Source of the DNA: Acidobacteriota bacterium
GTDB lineage: Bacteria; Acidobacteriota; Thermoanaerobaculia; Gp7-AA8
Assembly (NCBI GenBank): GCA_019244185.1
Contig: JAFATB010000022.1
Location: 1 to 64,000, forward strand
DNA length: 64,000 nucleotides
Direction of reading: 5' to 3'
The position numbers and the translations under genes were made by a program. The stretch's first letter is position 1. Each line of letters starts with the position of its first letter. This document shows, one piece after another, positions 35,046-50,846 of the stretch. A model generated the notes under the pieces. That model saw only the letters and a program-made list of their open reading frames with translations, searched no databases and had not been told where the DNA came from.

Positions 35046-35702
35046 TCAGTTCGCCGGATTGGGCTCGTGCAGCTTCGGCGACTCGCGCACGACGCGCGCG
35101 ACGGCGTCCTGTCCGAAGAACTCGAGGACTTTCTGGACCTCGAGCTTCTTGGCGTTGCAGGACTTCATGACTTTCTGTTGTTCTTCAACGCGCTGCTGCA
35201 TGGCCGCGCGGAGATTGGCGATTTCTTCCTCGTACTTTTTGATGCGCGTCTCCGCCTCGGAGGTGATCTGCTCGGTGTCTTTCGCGCCGCCGCGGATGTA
35301 CGCGTCGAGCGCCTGCAGTTCTTCCGCGCCGGTCTCGATGATCTTCTCGATCGGCACGCCGAACGCGCGCAACGACGCCAGCACGATCTGCTTCTTGACG
35401 GCGTCCTCGGTTTCCGGCGGCAGGGAGTTGAGGAGGTCGAGCGTGCGCGAGACGCGCTGGTGCTCCTCGGCCGTGATGCCCGCGGCCTCGTAGACGCCGT
35501 CGAAGTCGACCTGGCCCGCAGGTGCGGTGGGCGGGGCGGAGGTGAAGACTTCCGGCGCCTGCGTCGCGCCCGCGTCGGCGGCGCCTTGGATCAGCGCGTC
35601 GTCCGGCGCGCCCGCGGTGCCGGCAGGGCCGCCGCTATCCGGTGAGTCCTGAACGACGAACCACCCCATGACCGTGGAGCCCCAGCTTTTTTTGTCCGAC
35701 AT
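35046..35702 (-). CDS. Hypothetical helical protein, first gene of the pspA operon
   Basis: MSDKKSWGSTVMGWFVVQD (amphipathic), Pro/Ala linker, LLNSLP..KKQIVLASLRAFGV, C-terminal coiled coil. Confidence 0.8.
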   Translation of the reverse strand: MSDKKSWGSTVMGWFVVQDSPDSGGPAGTAGAPDDALIQGAADAGATQAPEVFTSAPPTAPAGQVDFDGVYEAAGITAEEHQRVSRTLDLLNSLPPETEDAVKKQIVLASLRAFGVPIEKIIETGAEELQALDAYIRGGAKDTEQITSEAETRIKKYEEEIANLRAAMQQRVEEQQKVMKSCNAKKLEVQKVLEFFGQDAVARVVRESPKLHEPNPAN

Positions 35703-35764
35703 TGCGGCGACCAAAATATAGCATGCGCCGCCGGGGCCGCTTGTTTACCGGTTGACGTTGCCGG

Positions 35765-35798
35765 TTGACGTAGTCGTGAACTACGTTTATAGTTCACG
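35765..35798 (+). promoter_or_regulatory. sigma70 promoter with overlapping palindromic operator (BlaI-type), probably leaderless transcript
   Basis: TTGACG(35765)-17 bp-TATAGT(35788); inverted repeat CGTGAACTA-cgttta-TAGTTCACG (35775-35798); ATG 8 nt after the -10 box with no SD. Confidence 0.75.
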
Positions 35799-35801
35799 TC
35801 T

Positions 35802-36203
35802 ATGAAGGCAGCCTCCAAAGTGCGCCCCGCGCTCTCCGGCCTCGAGCTCGAGGTGATGAATCTGATGTGGGACCTCGGCGAGGCGACGTCGGCGGAGCTC
35901 GTGGACGCGTTCACGCGGCGCCGGCCGCTGGCGGCGACGACGATCCGCACCGTGCTGGCAAAGATCGAGGAGAAGGGCTACGTGGAGCGCGTGCCGACGA
36001 CCGAGCGCGCGCTGCGCTACCGCGCCTCGATCCCGCGCGAGGCGGTGTCGACGCAGACGCTGCGGCAGCTGGTGGGACGCCTCTTCGGCGGCTCGCCGAA
36101 AGCGGCCATCGCGCAGCTGCTCGCGGACGAGGAGCTCGACGCCGATGAGCTGGCGGAGATTCAGAGGATGGTGAGCAAGCGGCGGAAGGAGTTGGGAAGG
36201 TGA
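35802..36203 (+). CDS. blaI: BlaI/MecI/CopY-family repressor
   Basis: LSGLELEVMNLMWDLG..LAATTIRTVLAKIEEKGYV..LVGRLFGGS. Confidence 0.92.
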   Translation: MKAASKVRPALSGLELEVMNLMWDLGEATSAELVDAFTRRRPLAATTIRTVLAKIEEKGYVERVPTTERALRYRASIPREAVSTQTLRQLVGRLFGGSPKAAIAQLLADEELDADELAEIQRMVSKRRKELGR

Positions 36204-37456
36204 TGGCGACGCTGCTCGCGCAACGGCTGCTCCTCGCGTCCATCGAGACCACCTTCGCCACCTTGATCGTGCTCGCGGTGAGCGCGGTTGCGTTGCGTCG
36301 CGCGCCGCGGGCGGTGGCGCTGCTGTGGCTCGTCGTGCTGGCGAAGCCGCTCCTCACCATTGCGGGCGGCTCGTTCGTGCGCGTTCCCGTGCCGCGCGAG
36401 CTGCATGCGCCGTTGGCCGCGCGCGCGGAGGCGACGAAGGTGGTCACGCGTCGCGGTGGAGTCGCGCAGACGCGCGTCGCCACGACGACGCGGCAGCCGG
36501 CGAATGCGCTCGCGCTGGTCTGGCTCGCGGGCGCGCTCGCCGCCGGCGCGCGCTCGCTGTATCACCGGCAGCGGTTGCGGCGGATCGTCGCGAGCTCGCG
36601 TGTCGCGTCGCCGCGCATCGACGCCGCGCGTGCGGCGCTCGGAGGTTTCGCCGTCGAGGTGCGCATCAGCGATGCGCTCGATGGTCCGGCGATCGGCGGC
36701 GCGTTGCGTCCGGTCATCCTGATCCCCGCGTGGATGGACGCGCGGGCGGACGACGCGCAGCTCGCGTGGACGCTGCGTCACGAGCTGCGTCACGCCGGCG
36801 CGCGCGACACGCTGGCCCTCGCGCTGCGCGAGCTCGCGCTGATCGCGATGTGGTTCCATCCGCTGATCTGGCTCGCGGCGGCGAAGTGGGAGGGGGCGAC
36901 GGAGCGCGCGTGCGACCGTGACGTCGTGTCGAGCGACGCCGATGCCGTCGACTACGCGGACGCGCTCTACCGCACGCTGCTCCACGTGCGGCAGCAGCGA
37001 CGGCTGCAGCTCGCGGCCGGACTCTTCGCCACGCGCTCGAAGATCGGCACGCGCATCGCCGCGCTCGTCGAGCGTCCGCTCGCGCCGCGCGCGGGACGTC
37101 TCGGCGGCGCCGCCGCGTGCGCGATCGGCGCGATTCTCATCGCCGTCGGCTGTGGTCTCGCCGCGCCGCCGCGGCTGCATCACCATGGCAACGTCGAGGA
37201 GGTCTTCGACGACCATTCGTACGCGATGCAGTACGACGCCGTCATCGGCTTCGACGGCGATCGCATCGACAGCATCGCACCCGGCGGCTTCGTCGAAATG
37301 CGGGAGACGCGCGACGGCACGACGCGCACGCTGCGCCTCGACGGCACAACGAACGGCATCAGCCGCGCGTATGCGGTCGACGGCCACGATGCGCCGCCCG
37401 ATCCGGTGTTCGAGCGCGCGATGACGGTGCAACTCCGCAAATCGATGAACCGCTAA
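36203..37456 (+). CDS. BlaR1-like M56 membrane metallopeptidase (no penicillin-binding domain)
   Basis: TM segments; GPAIGG.LRPVILIP; HELRH; WFHPLIW; ERACD; RIAAL; short beta-rich C-terminal domain. Confidence 0.88.
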   Translation: MATLLAQRLLLASIETTFATLIVLAVSAVALRRAPRAVALLWLVVLAKPLLTIAGGSFVRVPVPRELHAPLAARAEATKVVTRRGGVAQTRVATTTRQPANALALVWLAGALAAGARSLYHRQRLRRIVASSRVASPRIDAARAALGGFAVEVRISDALDGPAIGGALRPVILIPAWMDARADDAQLAWTLRHELRHAGARDTLALALRELALIAMWFHPLIWLAAAKWEGATERACDRDVVSSDADAVDYADALYRTLLHVRQQRRLQLAAGLFATRSKIGTRIAALVERPLAPRAGRLGGAAACAIGAILIAVGCGLAAPPRLHHHGNVEEVFDDHSYAMQYDAVIGFDGDRIDSIAPGGFVEMRETRDGTTRTLRLDGTTNGISRAYAVDGHDAPPDPVFERAMTVQLRKSMNR

Positions 37457-37503
37457 CCACTCGTAACGCATCACAACCCGCTGCAGAAAAAGGAGGCAAT
37501 CCC

Positions 37504-39114
37504 ATGCCGCTGGCGACAGCTCTGTTCGTTCTCGCTGCCACACTCTCCCAACCGGTCGTGAAGACGCCGCTCGGCGTGAAGATCGACGACTTCATGACCC
37601 GCGTGGAGCGCCTCGGCTTCAGCGGCGCGCTGCTCGTCGCGAAGGACGGCGACGTCATCGTGCACAAGGGCTACGGCAAATTCTCGATCGACACCCTCGC
37701 GCCGGTCGGCTCGATCACCAAGCAGTTCACCGCCGCGGCGATCCTCGCGCTCGAAGAGGAAGGGAAGCTGCGCACGACCGATCCGATCACGAAGTACTTC
37801 CACGACGTGCCGCCGGACAAGCAGGGCATCACGCTGCATCACCTGCTCACGCACTCCGCCGGTTTCCCCGGCGCGATCGGCGACGACTACGATCCCGTCG
37901 GCCGCGACGCGTTCATCAAGCTGGCGATGGGCACGAAGCTCGAGTTCACGCCCGGCACGTCCTACGAGTACTCGAACGTCGGCTACTCGCTCCTCGGCGC
38001 GATCATCGAGATCGTCACCGGTCATCCGTACGAGCGCTATCTGCACGACCGGCTCTTCGTGCGCGCGGGCATGCTGCACACCGGCTACGTGATTCCGAAG
38101 TGGGATCGCACGAAGCTCGCGCACGGCTTCCGCGGCGGCGAGGACGAGGGCACGTTCCTCGACCGGCCGTGGGCGCCGGACGGGCCGTACTGGCACCTGC
38201 GCGCGAACGGCGGGATCATCTCGACGCCGGCGGACATGTACCGCTGGAGCCTCGCGCTCGACGGCGACAAGGTGCTGAGCGCGGCGTCGCGGAAGAAGCT
38301 TTTCACGCCGTACGTGCGCGAGGGCAACGCGCCGAGCTCGTACGCGTACGGCTGGGCGATCTATCCGCTGCCGAACGGCCACACCATCGTCATGCACAAC
38401 GGCGGCGACGGCACGTTCGCGGCGGACTTCCGGCGCTACGTCGACGACGGCATCGTCTACTACATCACCTCGAACGTCAGCGAGCGGCCGTCCATCGCCG
38501 TGAGCAAGTGGATCGGACGCCTCGCGACGGGACAGGGCGACGTGCCGATGCCGCCGAAGGTCAAGACGTTGACGAAAGAGGAGCTGCACAAGTTCGAGGG
38601 CACCCGCGACGGCATGCGCTTCACCGCCAACGCCAACGGCAGCGTGACGGCCGAGCCGCTGACGGCCGAGGCGTTCGCGCGGCTCGCGCCGTCGCCGGGA
38701 GCGCGGGCGCCGATGCTCGCGGAGGCGACGGAGCACGCGAAGGCGGTGATCGACGGGATCGTCGCGCGCGACTACAAGCCGCTGCAGACGGCGTTCGGCG
38801 GCGGGCGTTCGCTCGAGGAGATCACCGCGCGGCAGACGCGGGCGCGGCAGGAGCTCGAGTCGAAGTACGGCGCGCTGAAAGGCGCGACGATCGTCGGCAC
38901 GCGCGTCGAGCGGCAGGATCTGGCGACGGTGGTGCGGCTCGACTTCGAGCGCGGTGCGTCGTACGTCGTGCTCATGTGGGGCGGGCCGAAGAACCTGGTC
39001 GGGCTCCGGCTGGTGGACGAGATGCCGGGCTCGGTGTTCTATCCGGTCTCGGCGACGCAGCTCGCGTCGTACGACTTCACGACCGGCGAGACGCTGACGC
39101 TCGATCTTCCCTGA
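37504..39114 (+). CDS. Secreted serine hydrolase, beta-lactamase (class C/AmpC-like) family
   Basis: GSITK (SxxK), LLTHSAG, YEYSNVGY (YxN), HNGG; AGGAGG RBS. Confidence 0.9.
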   Translation: MPLATALFVLAATLSQPVVKTPLGVKIDDFMTRVERLGFSGALLVAKDGDVIVHKGYGKFSIDTLAPVGSITKQFTAAAILALEEEGKLRTTDPITKYFHDVPPDKQGITLHHLLTHSAGFPGAIGDDYDPVGRDAFIKLAMGTKLEFTPGTSYEYSNVGYSLLGAIIEIVTGHPYERYLHDRLFVRAGMLHTGYVIPKWDRTKLAHGFRGGEDEGTFLDRPWAPDGPYWHLRANGGIISTPADMYRWSLALDGDKVLSAASRKKLFTPYVREGNAPSSYAYGWAIYPLPNGHTIVMHNGGDGTFAADFRRYVDDGIVYYITSNVSERPSIAVSKWIGRLATGQGDVPMPPKVKTLTKEELHKFEGTRDGMRFTANANGSVTAEPLTAEAFARLAPSPGARAPMLAEATEHAKAVIDGIVARDYKPLQTAFGGGRSLEEITARQTRARQELESKYGALKGATIVGTRVERQDLATVVRLDFERGASYVVLMWGGPKNLVGLRLVDEMPGSVFYPVSATQLASYDFTTGETLTLDLP

Positions 39115-39212
39115 GAGGATGCGTCCCGGCCGATGTGAGCGGCCTCGGCCGGGACGTGAGGACGCATCGGCGTCCGGCTGCACGAATCCTGCAACGTTGC
39201 GCTCGGTCGCTC

Positions 39213-42200
39213 ATGCCGCTGAATCAGGAACTCCTTCAGGACGAAGGCCGGATCGCCGCGCTACGCCGCTATGACATTCTGGGCGCGCGCTCGGACCCGG
39301 CATTCGACGATCTCACGCGGCTCGCGGCGCAGATCTGCAGCACGCCCGCCGCGGGGATCGCGCTGGTGGACGTCGACCGTCAGCTCTTTCTGTCGGAGAT
39401 CGGCATCGGCATCCGCGAGGTGCCGCTCGACCGCGCGATCTCGATCTTCGCGCTCGCGGAGGAAGACGCGCTGGTCGTGCCCGATCTCGCGGAGCACGAG
39501 GTCTTCGCGTCGCGGCGCGATCCGCGGTTCCGCTATCTCGCCGCGGTGCCGCTGCGGACGCCGGACGGCTACGCGATCGGCGCGCTGACCGTCATCGACG
39601 TCGTGCCGCGCCTGCTCAGCCATCAGCAGCTCGACGCGTTGCGCGCGCTGGCGCGGCAGGTGATGACGCAGCTCGAGCTGCGGCGGACGCTCGCCGAGCG
39701 CGAACGTTCCGCGGCCGCGCTGCGCGAGAGCGAAGAACGGTTCCGCGCCGCGTTCGAGCACGCGGTCGTCGGCATGGTCCTGACGGGCGGTGACGGCCGC
39801 GTGCTGCGCGCGAACCTCGCGTTCCAGGCGATCGTCGGCCGCACGGCGGACGAGCTGATCGGACGCGACTCGTACGACTACACGTATCCCGACGATCGCA
39901 ACGCGAACGTCGAATGGATCCGCAGCGTCGACACGGAAGAGATCAGCCACGCGACGTTCGAGAAGCGCTACGTCCGCAAGAACGGCGAGGTCGTGTGGGC
40001 GCGCGTGCATCTCTCGCCGGTGCGCGACGCCAGCGGCGATGCGCGCACATTGCTCGCGCTCGTCGAAGACGTCACCGAGCAGCGGCGCACCCGCGACGCG
40101 CTCGTGGAGACGCGGCGCCGCCTCGACTCCGCGCTGATCGCGGGTGAGGTGGCGACGTACGAGTGGAAAGTCGACAGCGACCGCCTCTGGGGCGACGCGA
40201 ACTTCGACCGCTTTTTCGGCGTCGCCCGCGACGCGGACGGCACCGCGCCGCTCGCGCGTTTCGTAGAGGCGATTCATCCCGACGACCACGCGCTCGTGCA
40301 GCAGAAGATCGCCCGGACGCTCGAAACGGGCGAGGAGTATGAGGCCGAGTACCGCATCGCCAACACGGCGGTCGAGCGCTGGGTCATCGCGCGCGGCCGC
40401 GTCACGTCCGATCCGAGCGACGGCACCCGCCGCTTCCACGGCGTCGTGCTCGACATCACCGCGCGCAAGCAGCTCGAGCAGGAGCTGGCGCGGCGCACGA
40501 ACATCTACGAGTCGATCCTCTCCGCGACCGACGACTTCGCGTATCTCTTCGCGCTCGACGGCACGTTCCTCTTCGCGAACCGGCGCCTGCTCGAAGTGTG
40601 GGGCAAGACGCTGCCCGAGATCGTCGGCGCGAGTCTCTACGACCTCGGCTATCAGGACTGGCACGCGCAGATGCATCTGCGCGAGCTGCGCGAGGTCATC
40701 GAGGAGAAGCACGCCATCACGGGCGAGGTGCCGTACATGGCGCCCACCGGCATCTTCGGCGTGTACGAGTACATCTTCACGCCGGTGTTCAACGAGCAGG
40801 GCGAGGTGGAAGTCATCGCCGGCACGACTCGCGACGTCACCGAGCGCAAGCGCGCAGAAGAGGAACATCGCAAGCTCGCCGAACAGCTGCGGCTCGCGCT
40901 CGACGCCGCGAAGATGGGCTGGTGGCAGTACGACCTGAAGACCGGCCGCGTGACGTGGGACGACCGCGTGCGCGAGCTGTACGGCGTCGATGCGAACGTG
41001 CAGGACTACGACGCCGTCCTCCACCACATGCACCCCGACGACGCGAAGATGGTCGACGCCGCGCTCGCCGCCGCGACCGATCCGCGCGATCCGCGGCCGT
41101 ACGACGTCGAGTACCGCCTGCTGCTGCCCGACGGCGGCGTGCGGTGGATCGCGTCGAAGGGCCAGGCGACGTTCGAAGGCGAAGGGGAGGAGCGTCACGT
41201 CGCGCTCTTCGTTGGCACGGCGCTCGATGTGACGGAGGCGAAGAACGCGCAGGCGGCGCTGGAAGCGAGCGAGGCGCGCTTCCGCCGGCTCGCCGACGCG
41301 ATGCCGCAGCTCGTCTGGACCGCCGACGGCGACGGCGCGATCGATTACTTCAACCGGCCGTTCCTCGAGTACACCGGCATGAGTGCCGCGACCGCCGACG
41401 CGGATTTCTGGAAAGACGTGCTGCATCCCGACGACTTCCCGGCCATGGCGAAGGCGTGGCGCGAGTCGGTGCGCACGGGCGCGCCGTTCGAAACGGAGTT
41501 CCGCATGCGCCGGCACTCCGACGGCGCGTACCGCTGGTTCTTCGCGCGCGCGTTGTCCGTGCGCGACAGCGCCACGGGCGAAGTGCGGTGGTTCGGAACC
41601 AGTACCGACGTTGACGATCAGCGCCGGCTGCTCGAAGAGAACCAGCGCCTCCTCGGCTCGGAGCGCACGGCGCGCGCCGATGCCGAGCGCGCCAGCCGCA
41701 TGAAGGACGAGTTCCTGGCCACGCTCAGCCACGAGCTGCGCACGCCGCTCAGCGCGATCCTCGGCTGGAGCCAGATCCTCGCGTCGGGCGATACGAGTCC
41801 GGAGGAGCTGACCGAGGGCATCGCCGTCATCCGCCGCAACGCGCGCGTGCAGGCGCAGATCATCGAGGACCTGCTGGAGATGAGCCGCATCATCTCGGGC
41901 AAGATCCGGCTCGACATCGAAGAAGAGCTCGACGTGCGCGATGTGATCTTTGCCGCGATCGACACGGTGCGTCCGGCAGCGAATGCGAAAGGCGTCGAGA
42001 TCGTGACGTCGATGGACGAGGGGTCGCAGCGCATCACCGGCGATCCGAACCGCCTGCAGCAGGTGTTCTGGAACCTGCTCAGCAACGCGGTGAAGTTCAC
42101 GCCGAAGGAAGGACGCATCGACGTGCGGCTGCACGACCGCACCTCTCACGTCGAGGTCGAAGTGGCCGACACCGGCGAAGGGATCTCTCCCGATTTCCTG

Positions 42201-42833
42201 CCGTACGTCTTCGACCGTTTCCGCCAGGCCGACGCCGGCACGACGCGCCGCCACGGCGGCCTCGGGCTCGGCCTCGCCATCGTCAAGCAACTCGTCGAAC
42301 TGCATGGCGGTTGGGTGCGCGCGTCGAGCGGCGGAGCGGGACGCGGCGCGACGTTCTCGGTGACGCTGCCGCTCGTGGCGGCGAAGCAGAATGACGACGA
42401 CCTGCAGCGCGAGCGCAAGCCGGAGAGCCGGCGCACGACGCTCGGCGGCGATCTGAGCGACGCCATCGGCGGACTGCGCGTGCTCGTCGTCGACGACGAG
42501 CCGGACGCGCGCGACGTCGTGCGCCGCGTGCTCGCCGACTGCGGCGTCGCGGTCACGACCGCGGCGTCGGCGGAGGAAGCGATCGCGCAGCTCGAGCAGC
42601 AGGCGTTCGACGTGCTCGTCAGCGACATCGGCATGCCGGGCGAAGACGGCTACTCGATGATCCGCCGCATCCGCGAGCGCTGGCCGTCGCTACCCGCCGT
42701 CGCGCTCAGCGCATACGCGCGGCCGGAAGATCGCGAGAAGGCGATGCGCGCGGGCTATCAGATGCACATCGCCAAGCCCGCGGAGCCGGTGCAAGTCATC
42801 GCGGCGGTGGCGTCGCTCGCGGATCGCGCGTAG
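39213..42833 (+). CDS. Cytoplasmic hybrid histidine kinase (GAF-5xPAS-HisKA-HATPase-REC)
   Basis: RIAALRRYDIL GAF; five PAS/PAC units; FLATLSHELRTPL; NAVKFT; DTGEG; GGLGLGL; VLVVDDEP..DIGMP. Confidence 0.93.
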   Translation: MPLNQELLQDEGRIAALRRYDILGARSDPAFDDLTRLAAQICSTPAAGIALVDVDRQLFLSEIGIGIREVPLDRAISIFALAEEDALVVPDLAEHEVFASRRDPRFRYLAAVPLRTPDGYAIGALTVIDVVPRLLSHQQLDALRALARQVMTQLELRRTLAERERSAAALRESEERFRAAFEHAVVGMVLTGGDGRVLRANLAFQAIVGRTADELIGRDSYDYTYPDDRNANVEWIRSVDTEEISHATFEKRYVRKNGEVVWARVHLSPVRDASGDARTLLALVEDVTEQRRTRDALVETRRRLDSALIAGEVATYEWKVDSDRLWGDANFDRFFGVARDADGTAPLARFVEAIHPDDHALVQQKIARTLETGEEYEAEYRIANTAVERWVIARGRVTSDPSDGTRRFHGVVLDITARKQLEQELARRTNIYESILSATDDFAYLFALDGTFLFANRRLLEVWGKTLPEIVGASLYDLGYQDWHAQMHLRELREVIEEKHAITGEVPYMAPTGIFGVYEYIFTPVFNEQGEVEVIAGTTRDVTERKRAEEEHRKLAEQLRLALDAAKMGWWQYDLKTGRVTWDDRVRELYGVDANVQDYDAVLHHMHPDDAKMVDAALAAATDPRDPRPYDVEYRLLLPDGGVRWIASKGQATFEGEGEERHVALFVGTALDVTEAKNAQAALEASEARFRRLADAMPQLVWTADGDGAIDYFNRPFLEYTGMSAATADADFWKDVLHPDDFPAMAKAWRESVRTGAPFETEFRMRRHSDGAYRWFFARALSVRDSATGEVRWFGTSTDVDDQRRLLEENQRLLGSERTARADAERASRMKDEFLATLSHELRTPLSAILGWSQILASGDTSPEELTEGIAVIRRNARVQAQIIEDLLEMSRIISGKIRLDIEEELDVRDVIFAAIDTVRPAANAKGVEIVTSMDEGSQRITGDPNRLQQVFWNLLSNAVKFTPKEGRIDVRLHDRTSHVEVEVADTGEGISPDFLPYVFDRFRQADAGTTRRHGGLGLGLAIVKQLVELHGGWVRASSGGAGRGATFSVTLPLVAAKQNDDDLQRERKPESRRTTLGGDLSDAIGGLRVLVVDDEPDARDVVRRVLADCGVAVTTAASAEEAIAQLEQQAFDVLVSDIGMPGEDGYSMIRRIRERWPSLPAVALSAYARPEDREKAMRAGYQMHIAKPAEPVQVIAAVASLADRA

Positions 42834-42941
42834 CAGCGCGCGCGACGTTCCCCGCAAGCGCAGCGCGAGCAGAAGGGCGCGAGCTCGCCGCGGTCCCGAC
42901 GGATGCGTTGCATCCGCCGGGACCTGGCGTTGAAGGCGAGA

Positions 42942-49058
<6,117 letters not shown>

Positions 49059-49196
49059 GGAATCCACCCCATCCTGAATTTGGTGTCGCGGAGCGCAGGA
49101 GCGTCCCGCGGGCAATGACTATTCGGTGAGACCGTTGATGCGGCGACTTTAACACGCGTCGCGGCGGCGGCACACGTGAATTCGGTGTGCAGACGC

Positions 49197-49224
49197 TTGA
49201 CAACGGCGGGGTGGATGTTAGTAT
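49197..49224 (+). promoter_or_regulatory. Putative sigma70 promoter (extended -10)
   Basis: TTGACA-16 bp-(TGt)TAGTAT upstream of the SnoaL-FN3 gene. Confidence 0.55.
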
Positions 49225-49296
49225 TTACGTAATTAAGTAGAAGCTGCACCGGCCACGGCGGCCGTGCCCTGTCCTCATTCCCCGAAAGGATCCCTC

Positions 49297-50214
49297 ATGA
49301 CCCAGCAAGTTTCCGTCGATCTCAGCACCGGCTCCGGCTATCAGCCGTTCCCGCCGGACATCTACACGCCGAGCAACGCCCAGGCCGCGCCGCTCTCTGA
49401 AAACCTCTACAACGAACGCACCGCGAAGGTGTGGGGCACCACCCCCGCGGAGTACGTCGCATGGTTCAACGGCCTCTGGCACACCGGCGATCCGTCGGGG
49501 TGGGGGCCGGAGGTCTTCACGTCCGATGCGATCATGCTCGATCCGACCGGCACGTCGACCGGCGCGGAGGCAGCGGCCGCCGACTTCCTGCTGCTCTTCA
49601 AGTACTTCCCCGACCTGCGCGGAGAGGTGATGAGCTGGGGCCACAACGGCACGGAGATCTTCATCAACTGGCGCTTCGTGGTCGGCAAGGGGATCAACTG
49701 CCCGGTGGTCGACAAGTTCTCGTTCGGCGGCGGCCTGGTCAGCTACCGCCAGGCGTACTTCGACACCATGACCCTGCTCGCGTATCTCATCGAGAACCAC
49801 GGCAGTGGTCCACTGGTTGACTATTTCCTCGACCGCTTCGCGCGCGAGGCCGGCGGCAAGGAAGTGCTGTTCCTCCCCGAGCTGCTCAAGGCGCTCGTCA
49901 CCGGTGTCGTCCGCCCCACCGCCGCGCCCCTCGGCGCGCCGCGCGTCCACGCGGAGCCGGGCAACGGCGTCGTGCACCTGTCGTGGTCGCCGGTTCCCGG
50001 CGCGCATTCCTACACCGTCAAGCGCTCGGCGACGCCGCGCGACCCGTACCCGTGGATCAAGCCGAACGTCACCGGCACGAGCTACACCGACGACGACGTG
50101 GAGAACGGCACGACCTACTACTACGTCGTCGCCGCCAACCGCGCGTCGAACGTTCTGCTGCCGCAGCGGCCGCTGCCCGTCTTCAGCGCCGAGCCGAAGC
50201 TGACCGTCCGCTAA
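49297..50214 (+). CDS. NTF2/SnoaL-like domain fused to a fibronectin type III domain
   Basis: FTSDAIMLDP..FPDLRGEV..IFINW..VVDKF..YFD (SnoaL); VHLSWSPVPGAHSYTVKRS..SYTDDDVENGTTYYYVVAA (FN3). Confidence 0.8.
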   Translation: MTQQVSVDLSTGSGYQPFPPDIYTPSNAQAAPLSENLYNERTAKVWGTTPAEYVAWFNGLWHTGDPSGWGPEVFTSDAIMLDPTGTSTGAEAAAADFLLLFKYFPDLRGEVMSWGHNGTEIFINWRFVVGKGINCPVVDKFSFGGGLVSYRQAYFDTMTLLAYLIENHGSGPLVDYFLDRFAREAGGKEVLFLPELLKALVTGVVRPTAAPLGAPRVHAEPGNGVVHLSWSPVPGAHSYTVKRSATPRDPYPWIKPNVTGTSYTDDDVENGTTYYYVVAANRASNVLLPQRPLPVFSAEPKLTVR

Positions 50215-50235
50215 GCAACGCGAAGAGGAGGATTC

Positions 50236-50769
50236 GTGATCGATCCAGCGAACATTCCGTCCACCGTCTACTACCTCTCCGGAGCGGTCGCGCTCGCGGG
50301 GTGGCTGTCGATCTTCTTCTTTCCGCGGCGGACGTGGTCGACGTTCTGGTTCGGCGGCATCATCGCGCCGGTGATCCTCTGTCTGCTCTCGACCTTCCTC
50401 CTGCTGACGTCGTGGTTCCAGCCGCCCGCGGCGAGCGTCTTCGACTATCTGAAGCTTTCCACCGTCTACCGGCAGTACGGCAACACGGGATTGCTCGCGG
50501 TGACGCTCATCGACATCATCGCCATGAACCTCGTCGTCGGCGCGTGGATGGCGCGGAAGGCGCGGCAGGTCGGCATCTCGTACGTGTACCTCTTCCCGTG
50601 CCTGCTCTTCATGACCGTCGCTCCGGGCGGCGGGTTCCTGATCTTCGCGATCGTCGTCTCGGTGCAGGGGCGCTGGGGCACGCTGGAGACTGCCGACGCG
50701 GGCTGGGGCAACGAGTCGCGGCCGGTGAGCGCCACGCCGTCGAGCAAGCTGCAGACGCTCGTCCACTAA
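50236..50769 (+). CDS. ABA4-like (DUF4281) membrane protein, divergent copy
   Basis: ALAGWLSIFFFP..IDIIAMNLVVGAWMARKA..LFPCLLFM..PGG; paralogous to 54802-55257. Confidence 0.7.
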   Translation: MIDPANIPSTVYYLSGAVALAGWLSIFFFPRRTWSTFWFGGIIAPVILCLLSTFLLLTSWFQPPAASVFDYLKLSTVYRQYGNTGLLAVTLIDIIAMNLVVGAWMARKARQVGISYVYLFPCLLFMTVAPGGGFLIFAIVVSVQGRWGTLETADAGWGNESRPVSATPSSKLQTLVH

Positions 50770-50788
50770 AGAACCATCGCATCAAACG

Positions 50789-50828
50789 CAATGAGGCGGC
50801 GCGTCATCGCGCCGCCTCATTGTTTTTT
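50789..50828 (+). terminator. Rho-independent terminator
   Basis: CAATGAGGCGGCGCG-tcat-CGCGCCGCCTCATTG followed by TTTTTT. Confidence 0.85.
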
Positions 50829-50846
50829 GCGGAAGGTCGTTCTCTG

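Noticed and set aside
37504-39114. Bona fide beta-lactam resistance gene (ampC/blaZ)
   Set aside because: The motifs show only the broad serine-hydrolase family. It has extra C-terminal domains, and the BlaR1-like partner lacks a penicillin-binding sensor.
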